64,000 nt of DNA from Mytilus edulis (Eukaryota). The position numbers were made by a program, and so were the translations under genes. The DNA lies in the NCBI RefSeq assembly GCF_963676685.1, contig NC_092355.1, forward strand, positions 19,530,001 to 19,594,000. The letters are read 5' to 3'. Numbering within the stretch: position 1 is the first letter of the stretch; every line of letters begins with the position of its first letter. Below are positions 63,304-64,000 of this stretch, piece by piece. The notes under the pieces are model-generated. The model did not search any database. It saw nothing but the letters and a program-made list of their open reading frames with translations, and was not told the origin of the DNA.

Positions 63304-63532
63304 CAATTCAGGGTTCATTTCCACACAGAAATTCATATCCAGGGCAGTGAATAACAAACTGGCATCCTTTTTCTCAGAGTCTAGCACCAATTGTCGTAAA
63401 CTTTCATACATCACAGAATCAAAGAATGCAAGGTCATGCCAGCCGATCTTACGTCCAAGGATATACTTCAAAACGTGACGATTGAAGAAGAGCGGACACA
63501 TTTCGTTTTGTAACAAACATAAACCAATTATT
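63304..63532 (-). CDS. UBR5: UBR5 exon (gene continues beyond the window)
   Basis: IIGLCLLQNEMCPLFFNRHVLKYILGRKIGWHDLAFFDSVMYESLRQLV..NPEL; tttcag and gtaag boundaries. Confidence 0.93.
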
Positions 63533-64000
63533 CTGAAATCAAATTCATCAACCTTAAAAATATGTCCTATCACATTTCATTGGTATTATTACAATTCCTA
63601 GGGAAAGTGTTTTATAAAATATATTCTGTGAAGACCCATTGGTGGTCTGCAGCTGTTGTCTGCTATTTGGTCGGGTTGTTGTCTCTTTGACACATTCCCC
63701 ATTTCCTGTCTCAATTTTATCATCATCTCTTTAATCACATCATATAAAACTGGTAAATCAACAGTCTTTGCTATGATTTGCAGTTTTAGAGAAAAATTGA
63801 ACAGCAATCATACCTGTCAACCTGTGACGATGAAAATGCAGGTCATGACCTGCATTGAACAATCAAATCTCAGGTCATAACGCGTACGAACTTTTTCGAG
63901 CTGAATTTCAGTATTAATGGTACATTTTCTTATAATGTATATCAAAGATACCAAAACATCAATGCATGTTCACTTGGTTAAGTCATTTTAAATCTTATTT

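Noticed and set aside
63244-63573. Stand-alone ORFs 63244-63573 and 60942-61196
   Set aside because: They are UBR5 exons extended into intron sequence.

Overview
AT-rich, repeat-dense animal DNA. The repeat families look like a bivalve mollusc, probably Mytilus; this is an inference and was not verified. Host genes: (1) the last five coding exons of a HECT E3 ligase matching UBR5/EDD/hyd on the minus strand (60942-63532, all GT-AG and phase-consistent); (2) a same-strand array of six intronless, RING-less TRIM-like genes (B-box, B-box, coiled coil, C-terminal HERC2/KEG-type SH3-like repeat). Two copies are full length, one is intact but lacks the C-terminal domain, and three are pseudogenes or relics. 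The array is interleaved with mobile elements: a very young intact Ty3/Gypsy LTR retrotransposon (14019-22239) with a candidate -1 frameshift signal and a dUTPase-like insert; an intact-ORF2 L1/Tx1 LINE nested in a decayed CR1/L2 LINE; an RTEX-like 3' fragment; a decayed RNase H + coiled-coil + SGNH-esterase element; a decayed, partly inverted Gypsy; Penelope-like fragments; several MITEs with clear TSDs; SINEs; Helentron-like satellite elements; and minisatellites. The best candidate for an undescribed system is the B-box/coiled-coil/HERC2-like-SH3 array next to UBR5.
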